A stretch of 64,000 nucleotides of DNA, taken from NCBI GenBank assembly GCA_965249725.1, contig CBDFMQ010000002.1, forward strand, positions 1 to 64,000, given 5' to 3'. The notes below the pieces were generated by a model. It searched no databases. It saw nothing but the letters and a program-made list of their open reading frames with translations, and was not told the DNA's origin. The stretch's first letter is position 1. Every line of letters starts with the position of its first letter. Position numbers and translations under genes: made by a program. Source of the stretch: Longimicrobiales bacterium (GTDB lineage Bacteria; Gemmatimonadota; Gemmatimonadetes; Longimicrobiales; Gaopeijiaceae). Positions 40,204 through 51,296 of this stretch are shown here, piece by piece.

Positions 40204-41480
40204 TCCTGCTGGTCCTGATCATGCTCGTGCTGATCATCATCGGTATGCCCGTGGCTTTCGCCCTCGGCGTGGGCGCACTCGGCGCTCTCCTGGCCGATCA
40301 GAGTCTTCCACTGACGTTGGTCCCGCAGCGCATGTTCACCGCGCTCGATTCGTGGCCGATCATGGCGGTGCCGTTGTTCATGCTGGCCGGGGGACTGATG
40401 GACAAGGGAGGCATGTCGAGGCGGATCGTGGAGTTCGCTTCCGCCTGTCTCTGCTTCGTGCGGGGGAGCCTCGGGATGGTGACGGTGATGGCCAGCATGG
40501 TGTTCGCGGGGATCTCGGGGTCATCGACTGCGGATACGGCGGCCGTCGGCTCGATCATGCTGCCGGCGATGCGGAGCCGGGGATACGACATGCGCTTTGC
40601 CGCGGCGCTTCAGGCGGCCGGGGGGGCGATCGGCCCGATCATCCCGCCGAGTATCTTGATGATCGTAATCGGATACGTGACCGGCACTTCCGTGGCCCAG
40701 TTGTTCTTGGCGGGGGTCGTACCCGGGGTGCTGATCGGCGTCGGTCTGATGGTGGTAGCCTATCGACAGGCGCTCAAGGAGGGACCCGACTTCGATGCGC
40801 CGGTGCCGTTCGACCTGCAGAAAGCCTTGGTCGCCGGAGTGAAGGCGCTCCCGGCATTGGGGCTGCCCGTTCTGATCGTGTTCGGCATTCTGGGTGGCGT
40901 ATTCACCGCGACCGAAGCTGCAGCGGCAGCGGTGGTATACGGTCTCGTGGTCGGGCTCTTTATCTATCGTGAAATCGGTTGGCGAGATCTACCGTCGATC
41001 GTCCTCCAGGCGGCCGAGACGTCCAGCGTGGTGCTGTTCATTGCGGCCACCGCCATGTTGTTCGCTTGGATGGTGGCGTCACACCAGGTACCGCAAGCGC
41101 TGGGGGCGTTCCTACAGGCCCACATCAGCGACCGTGTCCTGTTCTTGCTGTTCCTCAATCTGGTACTGCTGTTGTTGGGCATGTTCCTCGAGAGCTTCTC
41201 AGCGGTGATCGTATTTGTACCGATCTTGTTTCCGCTCGCACTCGACTTCGGGATCGACCCGCTGCACTTCGGGATTCTGACCACCGTGAATCTGGCGATC
41301 GGGTACATCACTCCGCCGTACGGGGCCACCCTGTTCGTGGCCTGCGGTATTGCGGAACAGAGTGTGCGGGCGGTGAGCGGCAAGATCCTGCCGATACTGA
41401 TCGCGATGCTCGTGGTCCTAGTGGTCGTTACCTACTGGCCCGACACCGTGTTGTGGCTCCCACGGTTGGCCGCCCAGTGA
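40200..41480 (+). CDS. dctM: TRAP transporter large permease
   Basis: AVPLFMLAG, SGSSTAD, IIPPSI, FTATEA, ITPPYG. Confidence 0.95.
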   Translation: MILLVLIMLVLIIIGMPVAFALGVGALGALLADQSLPLTLVPQRMFTALDSWPIMAVPLFMLAGGLMDKGGMSRRIVEFASACLCFVRGSLGMVTVMASMVFAGISGSSTADTAAVGSIMLPAMRSRGYDMRFAAALQAAGGAIGPIIPPSILMIVIGYVTGTSVAQLFLAGVVPGVLIGVGLMVVAYRQALKEGPDFDAPVPFDLQKALVAGVKALPALGLPVLIVFGILGGVFTATEAAAAAVVYGLVVGLFIYREIGWRDLPSIVLQAAETSSVVLFIAATAMLFAWMVASHQVPQALGAFLQAHISDRVLFLLFLNLVLLLLGMFLESFSAVIVFVPILFPLALDFGIDPLHFGILTTVNLAIGYITPPYGATLFVACGIAEQSVRAVSGKILPILIAMLVVLVVVTYWPDTVLWLPRLAAQ

Positions 41481-41530
41481 AGGACTGGAGTGTCGTCCCG
41501 GCTTGCCGCCCAGTGCACCGTCGTCTCGCT

Positions 41531-42514
41531 ATGAACGTGACCCTCGTCGCTGCGGTCTCGCTGTTGATCTCAGGCTGCGGTTCAGGGGAGCCCGTCACCA
41601 TCCTGAAGGCCGCCCTCTCCCAGAACCCGTCAGAGCCCCAGGTGAGGGCCGTCGAGCTGTTCGCGGAGATGGTGGCCGAAGGCACCGAAGGCCGCGTTCG
41701 CGTTCAAGTGTATCCCAATAACCAATTGGGCAACCAGCGTGATGTGGTCGAAGGGTTGCAGATGGGTAGCGTAGAGTTGGCCAACATCGCGAGCGTGATG
41801 GCGAGCTTCGTTCCCGAAACCAACCTCTTCGAGCTGCCGTTCCTGTTCGATGGGCCGGAGCACTTCGATGCGGTTATGGACTCGCACATAGGGCAGGGGC
41901 TCGCGCCCGCGTTCGAGCGTCGCGGGCTGCACCTCTTGGGGTACTTCGACGTGGGCGAGCGGCACATCATGACCACCGAGCGCCCGGTCGAGCGTCTGGA
42001 GGACTTACGGGGGCTCAAGATCCGCACTATGGAGAATCGACTACACCTGGCCACGTTCGAGGCGTTCGGTGCAAATCCGCTGCCGATGGCGTACGGTGAG
42101 CTGTACACGGCGTTGGAACAGGGTGTCATCGACGGCGCGGAGGCGGCCGACCCCAACTACTTTGCCAAGCGGTTCTACGAGCCGGCGCCGTATTGGGTGC
42201 GAGTCGGTTGGATTCGACTGGTCGAATACGTGGTGATGAGCCGGTCATTCTACGACGACCTCTCCGCGCAGGATCGCGCCGTGATCGATCGGGCCGCCAG
42301 GGAGATGATCCTGCAGCAGAGGGCCTGGTACCGCGCCGAGGCCGATTCGGCCCTCCAACGACTGCAGGAGGTGGGGGTGAAGATCAGCAATCCTGACCGG
42401 GAGCCCTTTCGCGCCGCGGTGCGCGGTGTGTATGACGAGTGGGCCGATCACGTGGGCGGGATGGCCACGATCGATGCGATCCTCGACTTGGGTGAATCAG
42501 AGCGAACCAGATGA
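41531..42514 (+). CDS. dctP: TRAP substrate-binding lipoprotein
   Basis: Lipobox ISGC; DLRGLKIR, ELYTALEQGVIDGAE. Confidence 0.92.
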   Translation: MNVTLVAAVSLLISGCGSGEPVTILKAALSQNPSEPQVRAVELFAEMVAEGTEGRVRVQVYPNNQLGNQRDVVEGLQMGSVELANIASVMASFVPETNLFELPFLFDGPEHFDAVMDSHIGQGLAPAFERRGLHLLGYFDVGERHIMTTERPVERLEDLRGLKIRTMENRLHLATFEAFGANPLPMAYGELYTALEQGVIDGAEAADPNYFAKRFYEPAPYWVRVGWIRLVEYVVMSRSFYDDLSAQDRAVIDRAAREMILQQRAWYRAEADSALQRLQEVGVKISNPDREPFRAAVRGVYDEWADHVGGMATIDAILDLGESERTR

Positions 42515-42576
42515 CGAGAGACGTTGCCCACGAGACCCGCCACGCGGCTTCAACAGCCTTCTAGAGGAACTCGAGA

Positions 42577-43623
42577 ATGGAATACAGAGTGATGGGCCGA
42601 ACGGGCGTCAGGGTCTCCGCGCTCGCCCTCGGAACGGCGAATTTTGCCGACCCGACTCCCGAGGACGAAGCGAAGCAGATCCTGAAGCGTGCGATGGACG
42701 CCGGCATCAACCTCATCGACTCCGGCAACAGCTATGGAGAGGGAGAGGCGGAGCGGATCATCGGACGAGCGCTGAAGAGTGCGGGGCTACGTAAGCAGGT
42801 GCTGCTTACGACCAAGGTGTTTCCTCCGACCGGTCCAGGACCCAACGACCGCGGCAGTTCGAAGCTGCATATCATGCAGGCCTGTGAGGAATCCCTCGAG
42901 CGACTGCAGACCGACTACATCGATTTCTACTTCGTTCACCGATGCGATCCCGACACCCATCCAGAGGAGACGTTGGCCGCGCTCGACGATCTGGTTCGTT
43001 CGGGCAAGGTCCGGTACGTGGCCTGCTCCACACACCCCGCTTGGCGGGTCATGGAGGCTCTCGCCATCAGCGATCGCCGTGGGTATGCACGATTCTGCTG
43101 CGAACAGCCCCCGTACAATCTTCTGGATCGACGCATCGAAAACGAGTTGGTGCCGCTCTGCCTGGAGCACGAGTTGGGACTCATGCCGTGGTCTCCCATC
43201 GCGCAAGGGGTGCTGACGGGACGTTACTCGAGCGTCGAGGATTATCCCGAAGGTTCGAGGGCGGCGTACCGAGGGGGAATCTATGCCGAACGGATCAACG
43301 AAGCCGGTATCGACGTCGGCAGTCGATTCGTGGCGCTCGCCAAAGAAGTCGGAATCCCACCGATTCAGCTCGCCGTGCTCTGGGTGAAGGATCAACCGGG
43401 TATCACGGCGCCCATCGTCGGTCCCCGCACACTCGCCCACCTCGAGGATCTCCTGCCCGTGGGCGACATGCGGTTGAGCGACGACGTGCGCGAGGCATGC
43501 GACGAACTGGTGCCGCCGGGCGGCATGGTGGCGAACTTCCACAACTCGGCCGGGTGGGGCGCGAAGACTCGGACGCTTGGCGTGGCGGACAGGGGTTCCA
43601 ACGATTCTACGAGGCACAAGTGA
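42577..43623 (+). CDS. Aldo/keto reductase
   Basis: LGTANF, SLERLQTDYID, GKVRY, QPPYNLL, WSPIAQGVLTG. Confidence 0.94.
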   Translation: MEYRVMGRTGVRVSALALGTANFADPTPEDEAKQILKRAMDAGINLIDSGNSYGEGEAERIIGRALKSAGLRKQVLLTTKVFPPTGPGPNDRGSSKLHIMQACEESLERLQTDYIDFYFVHRCDPDTHPEETLAALDDLVRSGKVRYVACSTHPAWRVMEALAISDRRGYARFCCEQPPYNLLDRRIENELVPLCLEHELGLMPWSPIAQGVLTGRYSSVEDYPEGSRAAYRGGIYAERINEAGIDVGSRFVALAKEVGIPPIQLAVLWVKDQPGITAPIVGPRTLAHLEDLLPVGDMRLSDDVREACDELVPPGGMVANFHNSAGWGAKTRTLGVADRGSNDSTRHK

Positions 43624-43899
43624 ATACGTTCGAAGAGAACAAGCTCGTCGGCACGCCAAGGAGTGGCTCGCTAGTGCGGTTGCGGCACGGCAGATCGTCG
43701 ATTCATCAAGCTTGACAGGGCCGACCCCGCCACCTAGACGTATGTGGTTCGTGAAAACGCCCCCCCCTTGTTTCGTCGATAGTATCCGGTACCCTGCGTA
43801 CCGGTCGCGGTGACCATCGGGTGAGCTTGGCTCGCCCGGATCACCAGTATTTTGAGCTTGCCCCCGAGAATTCGGGCCGGCAACATTTGGAGGAGCGTC

Positions 43900-46360
43900 A
43901 TGAAGCTTCGTTACTGTCTGCTTTTGGCCCTGTTTTCCCTCTTCACCGCGAGTGAGGTGCAGGCGCAAGCGCGCGTCGTCACCGGGACCGTCACGGACGG
44001 CATGACCGGGCAGCCCCTCGGGGGCGCGGCAGTGTCCATCTCTGGCTCATCGCAAGGCGCCTTCAGCGGCGACAACGGCACGTTCGCCGTACCCACTCAA
44101 GCCGGACAGGTCACTCTCGAAATCACCTATTTGGGGTACAGGAGTGAGACGGTTACGGTGGCGGCGGGGACCAGCCGCGTCGACGTGGCGCTCCAGGTCG
44201 ACGTGCTGAACCTGGAAGAGATCGTGGTCACGGGGCAGGCCACGGGAGTCTCGAGGCGCAACTTGGCCAATGCGGTGTCCAGCGTCAGCGCGCGACAACT
44301 CGAGAGGGTGCCGGCCGCTTCGATCGAGCAAGCACTTCGGGGTAAGGTGTCCGGAGCGAACATCCATCCCAACTCCGGTGCGCCCGGGGGCGGCATGCAG
44401 CTCCAGCTCCGAGGCGTGTCGACCATCCTCGGGAACCACACGCCCCTCTACATCGTGGACGGCGTCATCGTGGGTGACGAAACCATTCCCACGGGCGTTC
44501 ACAACATCACGGTCTCGTCGTCGAACCCCGTCCGAGGCGGCGGCCAGGACAACAGCGCGAATCGGATCTCCGACTTGAATCCCTACGACATCGAGAGCAT
44601 CGAGGTCCTCAAGGGAGCGTCGGCCGCGGCCATCTACGGTTCGAAGGCGCGAACAACGGTGTCGTCATCATCAAGACCAAGCGGGGCCGTATCGGAGCCC
44701 CGCAGTTCAACGTGACGCAGCGCTTCGGCTTCTCCCAGCTCTCGAACAAGTTGGGTCTGCGCCGATTCACCTCGCAGGCCGAGGCCGTGGAGTTCTTCGG
44801 CGACCAAGCTGCCGAGCACTGGTCGGGAGAGTTTTTCGACCACGAGGAACTCCTCGCCGGTGCCTCGCCGCTCTCCTACGAGACGTCTGCGAGCGTAAGC
44901 GGGGGAACGGCGGACACGCGCTACTACGCCTCTGCGCTGATCAAGGACGATGGCGGCATCATCGCCAACACCGGCTACGAGAAGCAGTCGCTCAAGTTGA
45001 ACATCGATCAGACGGTCGGAGACAAAGTCTCGTTCAGCCTCAACACGAACGCGATTCACAGCAACGCGGGACGCGGCATCACCAACAACGACAACCGGAG
45101 CATCAGTTACTACATGACGCTCCCTTCCACGCCCAGCTTCGTCGATCTGCGGGCGACGTGCTCCGGAGGGGCTCGTGAAGCCAACGTGGCCAATTGCCCA
45201 GGGGGGACGGGCGTCTATCCCAGGAATCCGTTCGCATCGTCGAACATTCTCGAGACAGCGGCCTTGGTGAAGAACGACGAAGAGGTCTATCGCTTCGTCG
45301 GTGCAATGAACCTCACGGTCCAGGCGATATCCAACAGTACACACAACCTGCGCCTCACTGGGACCGGTGGCGTCGACTTCTTCAACCAGAAGAGCCAGCT
45401 CTTCTCACCACCGGAGGCCCAGTTTGAGCCGAACGACGGCCTACCGGGAACGTCGGTGTTGGGGTCCGCCTACAGCACCTTCATGAACCTCAACCTGAAC
45501 GCGGTCTACACCTACAGCTCAAACGCTTTTCAGGCGACGACCTCGTTCGGAACCCAGTACGAGATTCGGGACCTGGACTCGAGCACCACGATCGCCAGGA
45601 ACCTTATCGGCGGTTTGCAGAACGTCGACAGGGGAACGGCCACGGAAGTGCGCCAAGTCCGTGAGCGCGTGGAGGACTTCGGTCTCTTCGGGCAGGAAGA
45701 GGTCTTGATGTGGGACGAGCGGGTGCTGTTGACCGCCGGGTTACGGGTTGACCGAAGCTCGAACAATTCGGACACCGAAGAATACCACTTCTACCCGAAA
45801 GTCGCGGCTTCCTTCAGGATACCGGTCGGGAACGACGTCCTCGAAGAGATCAAATTCCGGGCCGCCTGGGGGCAGTCCGGCAACCAACCGGTCTACGGTC
45901 AGAAGTTCACCGAGTACGAAGGGCGGAACATCGCGGGGCTCCCCGCATTGCGCGTGCTGGGGACCACCGCGGCTCTCGACCTGAGACCCGAGCGGCAGAC
46001 CGAGATCGAGGGCGGGATCGACGCTACGCTCTTCACCGACCGCGCCACGGTCGAACTCACGTATTACAACAAGACGATCAAGGACGTGATTCTCACGCGT
46101 ACGCTGGCTCCCTCTTCGGGCTTTGCACGGTCGATCTTCAACGGCGGAGAGATCAATACCCGGGGTGTCGAAGCCGGACTGACCCTGGTTCCGGTCTTTA
46201 CTCGTGACTTCCAGTGGACGATGCGAAGCACCTTCGGGTTGGATCGGAGCACCGTGGAGGCGCTCCCGGTTCCGCGCTTCACCATCCAGGGCTTCGGGTA
46301 CTTCTACGGCTCGACGGTTGCCGAAGCGGGCGAGTCCATCACCCAGCTCTGGGGCAACGG
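43900..46360 (+). pseudogene. SusC/RagA TonB-dependent receptor, frameshifted and truncated
   Basis: DIESIEVLKGASAAAIYGS; extra CG at ~44650 breaks KANNGVVIIKTKRG; barrel stops near QLWGN; no susD follows. Confidence 0.88.
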
Positions 46361-46515
46361 GCCGATACGCACCGCTGCCTCCTGGTCGAAGTCCGGCTTG
46401 GGGGCAGACGGTGCGTTTTCGTATGGCCGGAACCCGACGGCCAGGCGGACAGTAGATGGATTGACATGCCCCTCGTGGCATGAGGTGTTTACCGCGGATC
46501 CTTCAAGGGGCCCGA

Positions 46516-46914
46516 ATGGTGCGAAGCGCATTCTCCATCTTAGCCGTCATCTTCTTCGTGGCGGTGTTCGCCGGGTGTGCCTCTTCAGGGTCATCCGATA
46601 AGGAGCGAGAGACTTCGCGTGCCCTTATCGGGGGACTGCCGAGCCAATTGCATGTGACTAACCGCAATTGGGCGGACATGAGGATCTACGCGGTGCGGAG
46701 CGGAGAGCGCATACGGCTCTTCTCGGTGACCAGCATGCGAACCGACTCCGCTTCGATCCCCGCCAGCCTACTCCGGAGCAGCGGCTTCCGCCTCATGGCG
46801 GATCCGGTGGGTGCTCGCCCCTACTACAGCCAGACGATCCACCCCCGTGGGGGGCAGTCCGTGTCGTGGACCCTCGAGAACCACCTGCCGCAGTCCACCC
46901 TCTGGATCTACTGA
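46516..46914 (+). CDS. Hypothetical lipoprotein
   Basis: Lipobox FAGC; VTNRNWADMRIYAV. Confidence 0.7.
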   Translation: MVRSAFSILAVIFFVAVFAGCASSGSSDKERETSRALIGGLPSQLHVTNRNWADMRIYAVRSGERIRLFSVTSMRTDSASIPASLLRSSGFRLMADPVGARPYYSQTIHPRGGQSVSWTLENHLPQSTLWIY

Positions 46915-46933
46915 GGAGGCGGCAACGAACCGA

Positions 46934-48922
46934 CTACGGGTTGGGTTGACTCGTAGCTGTCTTCCTCGCCCCGCGAACGGTCGTGACCCCGTCCTTGAGG
47001 AACTGGCTGAAGAAGTCCTCCATGTCGAGGAGCATCTGCCGCCGATTGGCTTTGCCCCGGACGTAGTAGAACTCGCCCTCGTACGTCATGTTGCGGAAGG
47101 GCTTGTAGTGGTTTTCGAGGGCCTGGGCGAAGATCTCTGACTGATCCGAACCGGGGTAGAGGCCCACGCCGCTTACGAGCATGACGGGGGTCGAGACGTC
47201 GGGCACGCCGTGGATGGCGGAACTGTTCGCCCACACATGCTCACTGGTTGCGAACGGGCCCAGTTCGTACTCGAGAAGCTTGACGTGCCGGAGTTCGTTT
47301 TCGCTGTTGTAGAAGTGCACCCAATCGGCATAGCCGGACCCGGGAATCGACGCCTGGAAGACGTCGGGAGCGAACGCCACCGCATACATGCTCATGATGC
47401 CGCCGTAGCTGGTTCCCGTGATGCCCATCTTGTCGGCGTCTATGTACGGGAGGGTCTTGAGGTAGTCCACACCAGCCACGACATCGTCGAGGTCGCAATG
47501 TCCCCAACATCCGTTATTTCCTGATTCGAACGACTTCCCGTAGCCCGAGCTCCCGCGGATGTTGGGAAGCAGGACCGCGTAGCCTCGCTGCACGAAGTAC
47601 TGCACGTCCTGCTGAAAGGTGTCGTGGTATTGTCCGGTCGGTCCTCCGTGGATCCACATGACGCCGGGTACGCGTTCGCCCGGGGCGAGGCCCGGTGGTG
47701 CGTACAGGTAGGCGGCAATCTCGTACCCGTCTGTGCTGGGGTAGAGCACCTTCTCCGGCACCACCAGACGATTCTCGAAGTTGCCGGCCGGCATCGAATG
47801 GGTAAGCGCCCGCGCCGCCCCGTCCTCTGCCGACGAGACGTACAGGTCCGCCGGACGCGTGAGCGTGGCGAGCGTGTAGGCGATTTCACCTCCGTCCGGC
47901 GACCATGCCGGACTCGAGATGCGCCCCGCCTCGGGTGAGACGACCACCCGCGGCTCCCCGCCACGGGACGCCACGATGCGGAGGTCGTGGTGGCCGTTGT
48001 GGTTCTCGGTGTAGAGAATGGAGCGTCCGTCCGGCGACCAACGGGCCCCGCCTTGATCCGCTTCGGCCGCGGCGATCGGCCGAGGTTCACCTCCGGCCCG
48101 CGGTACCGTCCAGTAGTTGATCCAACCGCTGCGGTGGGACGGAAAGAGCACGGCTTCACCGTCCGGGGACACACGCGGATAGCCGAACTTGGTACCGGCC
48201 CCGTAGTCGAAGAAGTCTCGATCACTGACTACGATGCGGCTCGCCGAGCCTCCCTCGGCGTCGATCTCGATGACATCGTGGTCCGCCCAATCCTCGGACA
48301 GCCGTACGTACAGAATGTTCTCGGAGTCCGGCGTCCAGGTCGGGAACACCTCGTACCGTTTGTCGTCGGTGAGACGGGAGACCGTTCCGTCGGGCACCGA
48401 GACCTTCCAGATGTCGTAGTTCCCGTGACGGTCGCCGGCGAAGACGATCCACCGCTCATCGGGCGACCATGTCATCGAGTTGATGCGACCGCCGAGGTCG
48501 GTGAGTTGGATTTCGCTGCCATCCTCGGTCGACCACAGCCACAACTCCGGGGCGCCGCTCTTGTTCGACATGTAGGAGATCCAGCGGCCGGACGGCGACC
48601 AGCCCGCCATCTGCGAGGCCTGGAAATGGCCAGCGCCTCCCATATTGAGCGGGATCCGCGTGGGGAAGCCTCCGTCGGCCGGAAGTGAGACGAGGCCCCC
48701 CGCGACGCTCGACGAAACGAGGATGCCCTCACCGTCCGGGGACCAGACGGGCGCTCCGCCGACCACCGATTCGATCGACAGCAGTTGGTCTATCGTGAGG
48801 ACGTCGGGCCGTTCCTGTCCGGGAAGGGCGGAGGTGAGCCCGCCGGCCAGGACCAGCGCCATGATGCCGAGAGCGAGGTGCCGGGTCCCCCTGCGTCCGA
48901 TTCTGCGTGCCGTATGCGTCAT
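46934..48922 (-). CDS. S9 family peptidase with PD40 propeller
   Basis: WSPDG repeats, IHGGP, RGSSGYG, GTSYGG. Confidence 0.92.
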   Translation of the reverse strand: MTHTARRIGRRGTRHLALGIMALVLAGGLTSALPGQERPDVLTIDQLLSIESVVGGAPVWSPDGEGILVSSSVAGGLVSLPADGGFPTRIPLNMGGAGHFQASQMAGWSPSGRWISYMSNKSGAPELWLWSTEDGSEIQLTDLGGRINSMTWSPDERWIVFAGDRHGNYDIWKVSVPDGTVSRLTDDKRYEVFPTWTPDSENILYVRLSEDWADHDVIEIDAEGGSASRIVVSDRDFFDYGAGTKFGYPRVSPDGEAVLFPSHRSGWINYWTVPRAGGEPRPIAAAEADQGGARWSPDGRSILYTENHNGHHDLRIVASRGGEPRVVVSPEAGRISSPAWSPDGGEIAYTLATLTRPADLYVSSAEDGAARALTHSMPAGNFENRLVVPEKVLYPSTDGYEIAAYLYAPPGLAPGERVPGVMWIHGGPTGQYHDTFQQDVQYFVQRGYAVLLPNIRGSSGYGKSFESGNNGCWGHCDLDDVVAGVDYLKTLPYIDADKMGITGTSYGGIMSMYAVAFAPDVFQASIPGSGYADWVHFYNSENELRHVKLLEYELGPFATSEHVWANSSAIHGVPDVSTPVMLVSGVGLYPGSDQSEIFAQALENHYKPFRNMTYEGEFYYVRGKANRRQMLLDMEDFFSQFLKDGVTTVRGARKTATSQPNP

Positions 48923-49076
48923 GGTTTCCTCCGCCTCAAAAAGAGCCTCTGCCGAACCGACTTCCACTCAGATCTACCCGAGAGCATTATGATGCACCGT
49001 GTGACCCGGGGCGGCCACCCCAAGGAGGGGGCGCTCCGCGACCCGCTGCATCACTGCGATCCTCTGGAGGAAGAGA

Positions 49077-49508
49077 ATGGTGGCATTGAGGCTTGAGTTC
49101 GAAAAAGGGGGCATCTTCACCGCCCGACTGCTGGAGGAAGAAGCGCCCAAGACCTGCGCGACGATCAAGGGTCGCCTGCCTTTCGAGTACCTCTTTCAGC
49201 AGAGCGTCGTCTCCGGCCAGGCCATGGTGGCGATCCCGCCCGACCTGACGGTAGAGAGAGAGAACCAACGCGTCGCGGGCATACCGCCCGGCACTCTCAG
49301 CTTCTTGGTGGCCGACGAGCCTGTGTTGGTGCCCGACGAGATCTACATCGCTTACGGGATCTTCATATCACGAGGCCTCACGGTCGACGCCAAACAGCCG
49401 GTAAACGTGTTCGCTCAAATCGACGACGGCCTAGACGAGTTGAAGGAGATCGGCGCGCGCATAATCAGACATGGGGCCGAGGTCGTCCGTTTCACCTTGG
49501 AGGACTGA
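49077..49508 (+). CDS. Cyclophilin-like (DUF3830-type) protein
   Basis: ARLLEEEAPKTC..LP..SG..EN pattern. Confidence 0.7.
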   Translation: MVALRLEFEKGGIFTARLLEEEAPKTCATIKGRLPFEYLFQQSVVSGQAMVAIPPDLTVERENQRVAGIPPGTLSFLVADEPVLVPDEIYIAYGIFISRGLTVDAKQPVNVFAQIDDGLDELKEIGARIIRHGAEVVRFTLED

Positions 49509-49627
49509 GGGCGGGACCCCGCCACTCTCCGTCCTGACCTGGAAGGGAACGTGAGACGCGCGACACGGCTTATTCTGGGCGGGCCATAGAGCAGGGCCGC
49601 GAGTGCGACGGCACCGGAGGAGGTCAC

Positions 49628-50764
49628 TTGAGCGAAGCGAGGTCGAGACTGGCTGCCCGAGGAGGGATGTTTCTCCTGGCCGCGTGTGCCGCGTCCGGCT
49701 GCGGTGGCACCGACGCGACCTCTCCGCCCGTACAGGTTGGCACGGATCCGCCGGTCGTGGACATCCCGAAGGAGGAATTCTGCAGCATCCCCGAGGCCTT
49801 CATCTTCTCGGGCGGGGTGAGCAGAGATGGGATTCCCGCTCTCCTGGATCCGGCGCTCGTCGGGGTCGCCGCTCCCGAGGCCGACTACCTGAGGGATTTC
49901 GATCGTGTGATTGGCATCGAGGTAGGGGGCACGTTCATTGCGGTTCCCCACAACGTTCTTTGGTGGCACGAGATCGTGAACTTCGACGACCTGGGAGTGC
50001 CGCTCGCGGTGTCCTACTGTCCCCTCACCGGGTCGAGCATGGTGTTCGATCGCACGTCGGTACATGGCTCCGACTTCGGCGTGTCAGGCCTGCTCTACAA
50101 CAACAACCTGATCATGTTCAATCGCCGCAACGATGGCGGGCAGGAGTCCCTCTTCCCGCAGATGGCGCGTGGAGCTCGTTGCGGTCCCCTGGACGGTGCG
50201 CCACTGCCGATGTATCCCGCCGTCGAAATGCGCTGGGATGCCTGGCGGGCTCTTCACCCCGAGACGCTCGTCGTCTCGGGGGAGCTGGGCCTGGGGCGTG
50301 ATTACCAGTCGTATCCCTATGGGAACTACGAGGTCATCGACAACGCCGAGACGCTCTTCCTCAACCCGGATATCGACAGTCGGCGGCCCCCGAAGGAACG
50401 CCTTCTGGGCGTTCCTCGAGATGACGGTTTCGGGATGGCGTTTCCGTTCACGGCGCTCGCGGCCATGGGGGACAAGACGGTGGTTCACGACGATGTACAG
50501 GGCACTCGATCGGTCGTCGTGTTCTGGTCCACAGAGGGGGAGTCGGCTGTGGCGTTCAGGCCCAGGGCCGGCAGCCAGGAGCTCACCTTCGAGGTTCGCG
50601 ACGACGCGTTTCTCGATGTGGAGACCGGGAGCGAGTGGACCATGGCCGGTGAGGCGATCTCGGGCTCACTGGTCGGTTCGGTGCTCGAGCCGGTTGCGGA
50701 CGCCTACGTAGCGTTCTGGTTCGCCTGGGCGACGTTCCACCCCAATACGGGGCTGCTGGAGTAG
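49628..50764 (+). CDS. DUF3179-type lipoprotein
   Basis: DGIPAL, WHEIVN, YCPLTGS, FGVSGLLYNNN, FWFAWATFHP. Confidence 0.88.
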   Translation: MSEARSRLAARGGMFLLAACAASGCGGTDATSPPVQVGTDPPVVDIPKEEFCSIPEAFIFSGGVSRDGIPALLDPALVGVAAPEADYLRDFDRVIGIEVGGTFIAVPHNVLWWHEIVNFDDLGVPLAVSYCPLTGSSMVFDRTSVHGSDFGVSGLLYNNNLIMFNRRNDGGQESLFPQMARGARCGPLDGAPLPMYPAVEMRWDAWRALHPETLVVSGELGLGRDYQSYPYGNYEVIDNAETLFLNPDIDSRRPPKERLLGVPRDDGFGMAFPFTALAAMGDKTVVHDDVQGTRSVVVFWSTEGESAVAFRPRAGSQELTFEVRDDAFLDVETGSEWTMAGEAISGSLVGSVLEPVADAYVAFWFAWATFHPNTGLLE

Positions 50765-50826
50765 GCCTAGCCCGGTTCGGACGCCCTGATTTAGCTGGAC
50801 CATCCCCGATGGCGGCACATCGAACC

Positions 50827-51222
50827 CTACCGGCTGCCCCTCCAGGACGACGGAGCCCTCGTCCTATTGATTCCTGTTGGTCTCGTCCGCGGTTTCTTCT
50901 TCTTGCGCTTCTTTGGTTTTGGTTCGGGGAGCTCTCGTGTGGTGATTTTCACCAAATCGCTGAGCCACTCGGCGTCCTCGATCTGATCCCCGATCAGGAG
51001 ACTCGGCTTCGCACCGGGGTAGGGGGGCGCTTCCACCACTGCGCCGATGAATGCACGGCCGCCCTCGGTGGGCTTCACGAAGAGCCGATCATCGCAGATC
51101 AGTCCGAAGAGCTTGTTGTGACTATAGAGGCCGAATTCACCGAACATGTGCTTGTACGTGGCGGCGCAGTCCTCGTCGAGTTGATCCACCACAAACTGGA
51201 CGAAATTCAGGTCGGAACCCAT
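50827..51222 (-). CDS. TfoX N-terminal domain protein
   Basis: KHMFGEFGLY, LICDDRLFVKPT, PYPGAK. Confidence 0.88.
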   Translation of the reverse strand: MGSDLNFVQFVVDQLDEDCAATYKHMFGEFGLYSHNKLFGLICDDRLFVKPTEGGRAFIGAVVEAPPYPGAKPSLLIGDQIEDAEWLSDLVKITTRELPEPKPKKRKKKKPRTRPTGINRTRAPSSWRGSR

Positions 51223-51296
51223 TCAACGTGCTCCCTTCGATGAGGTCGTTTCGAGACCCCTGGCCGATTAAATTGCCGAAGCGCCCGACCAGGCGC

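Noticed and set aside
49628..50764. Selenoprotein in the DUF3179-type gene
   Set aside because: The ORF is open with Cys (YCPLT) and has no in-frame TGA
51215..51235. GTTGAAT (GTTRRRY) at the tfoX-like start as a cassette core
   Set aside because: It overlaps the start codon with the RBS upstream, and no attC was seen downstream of the gene
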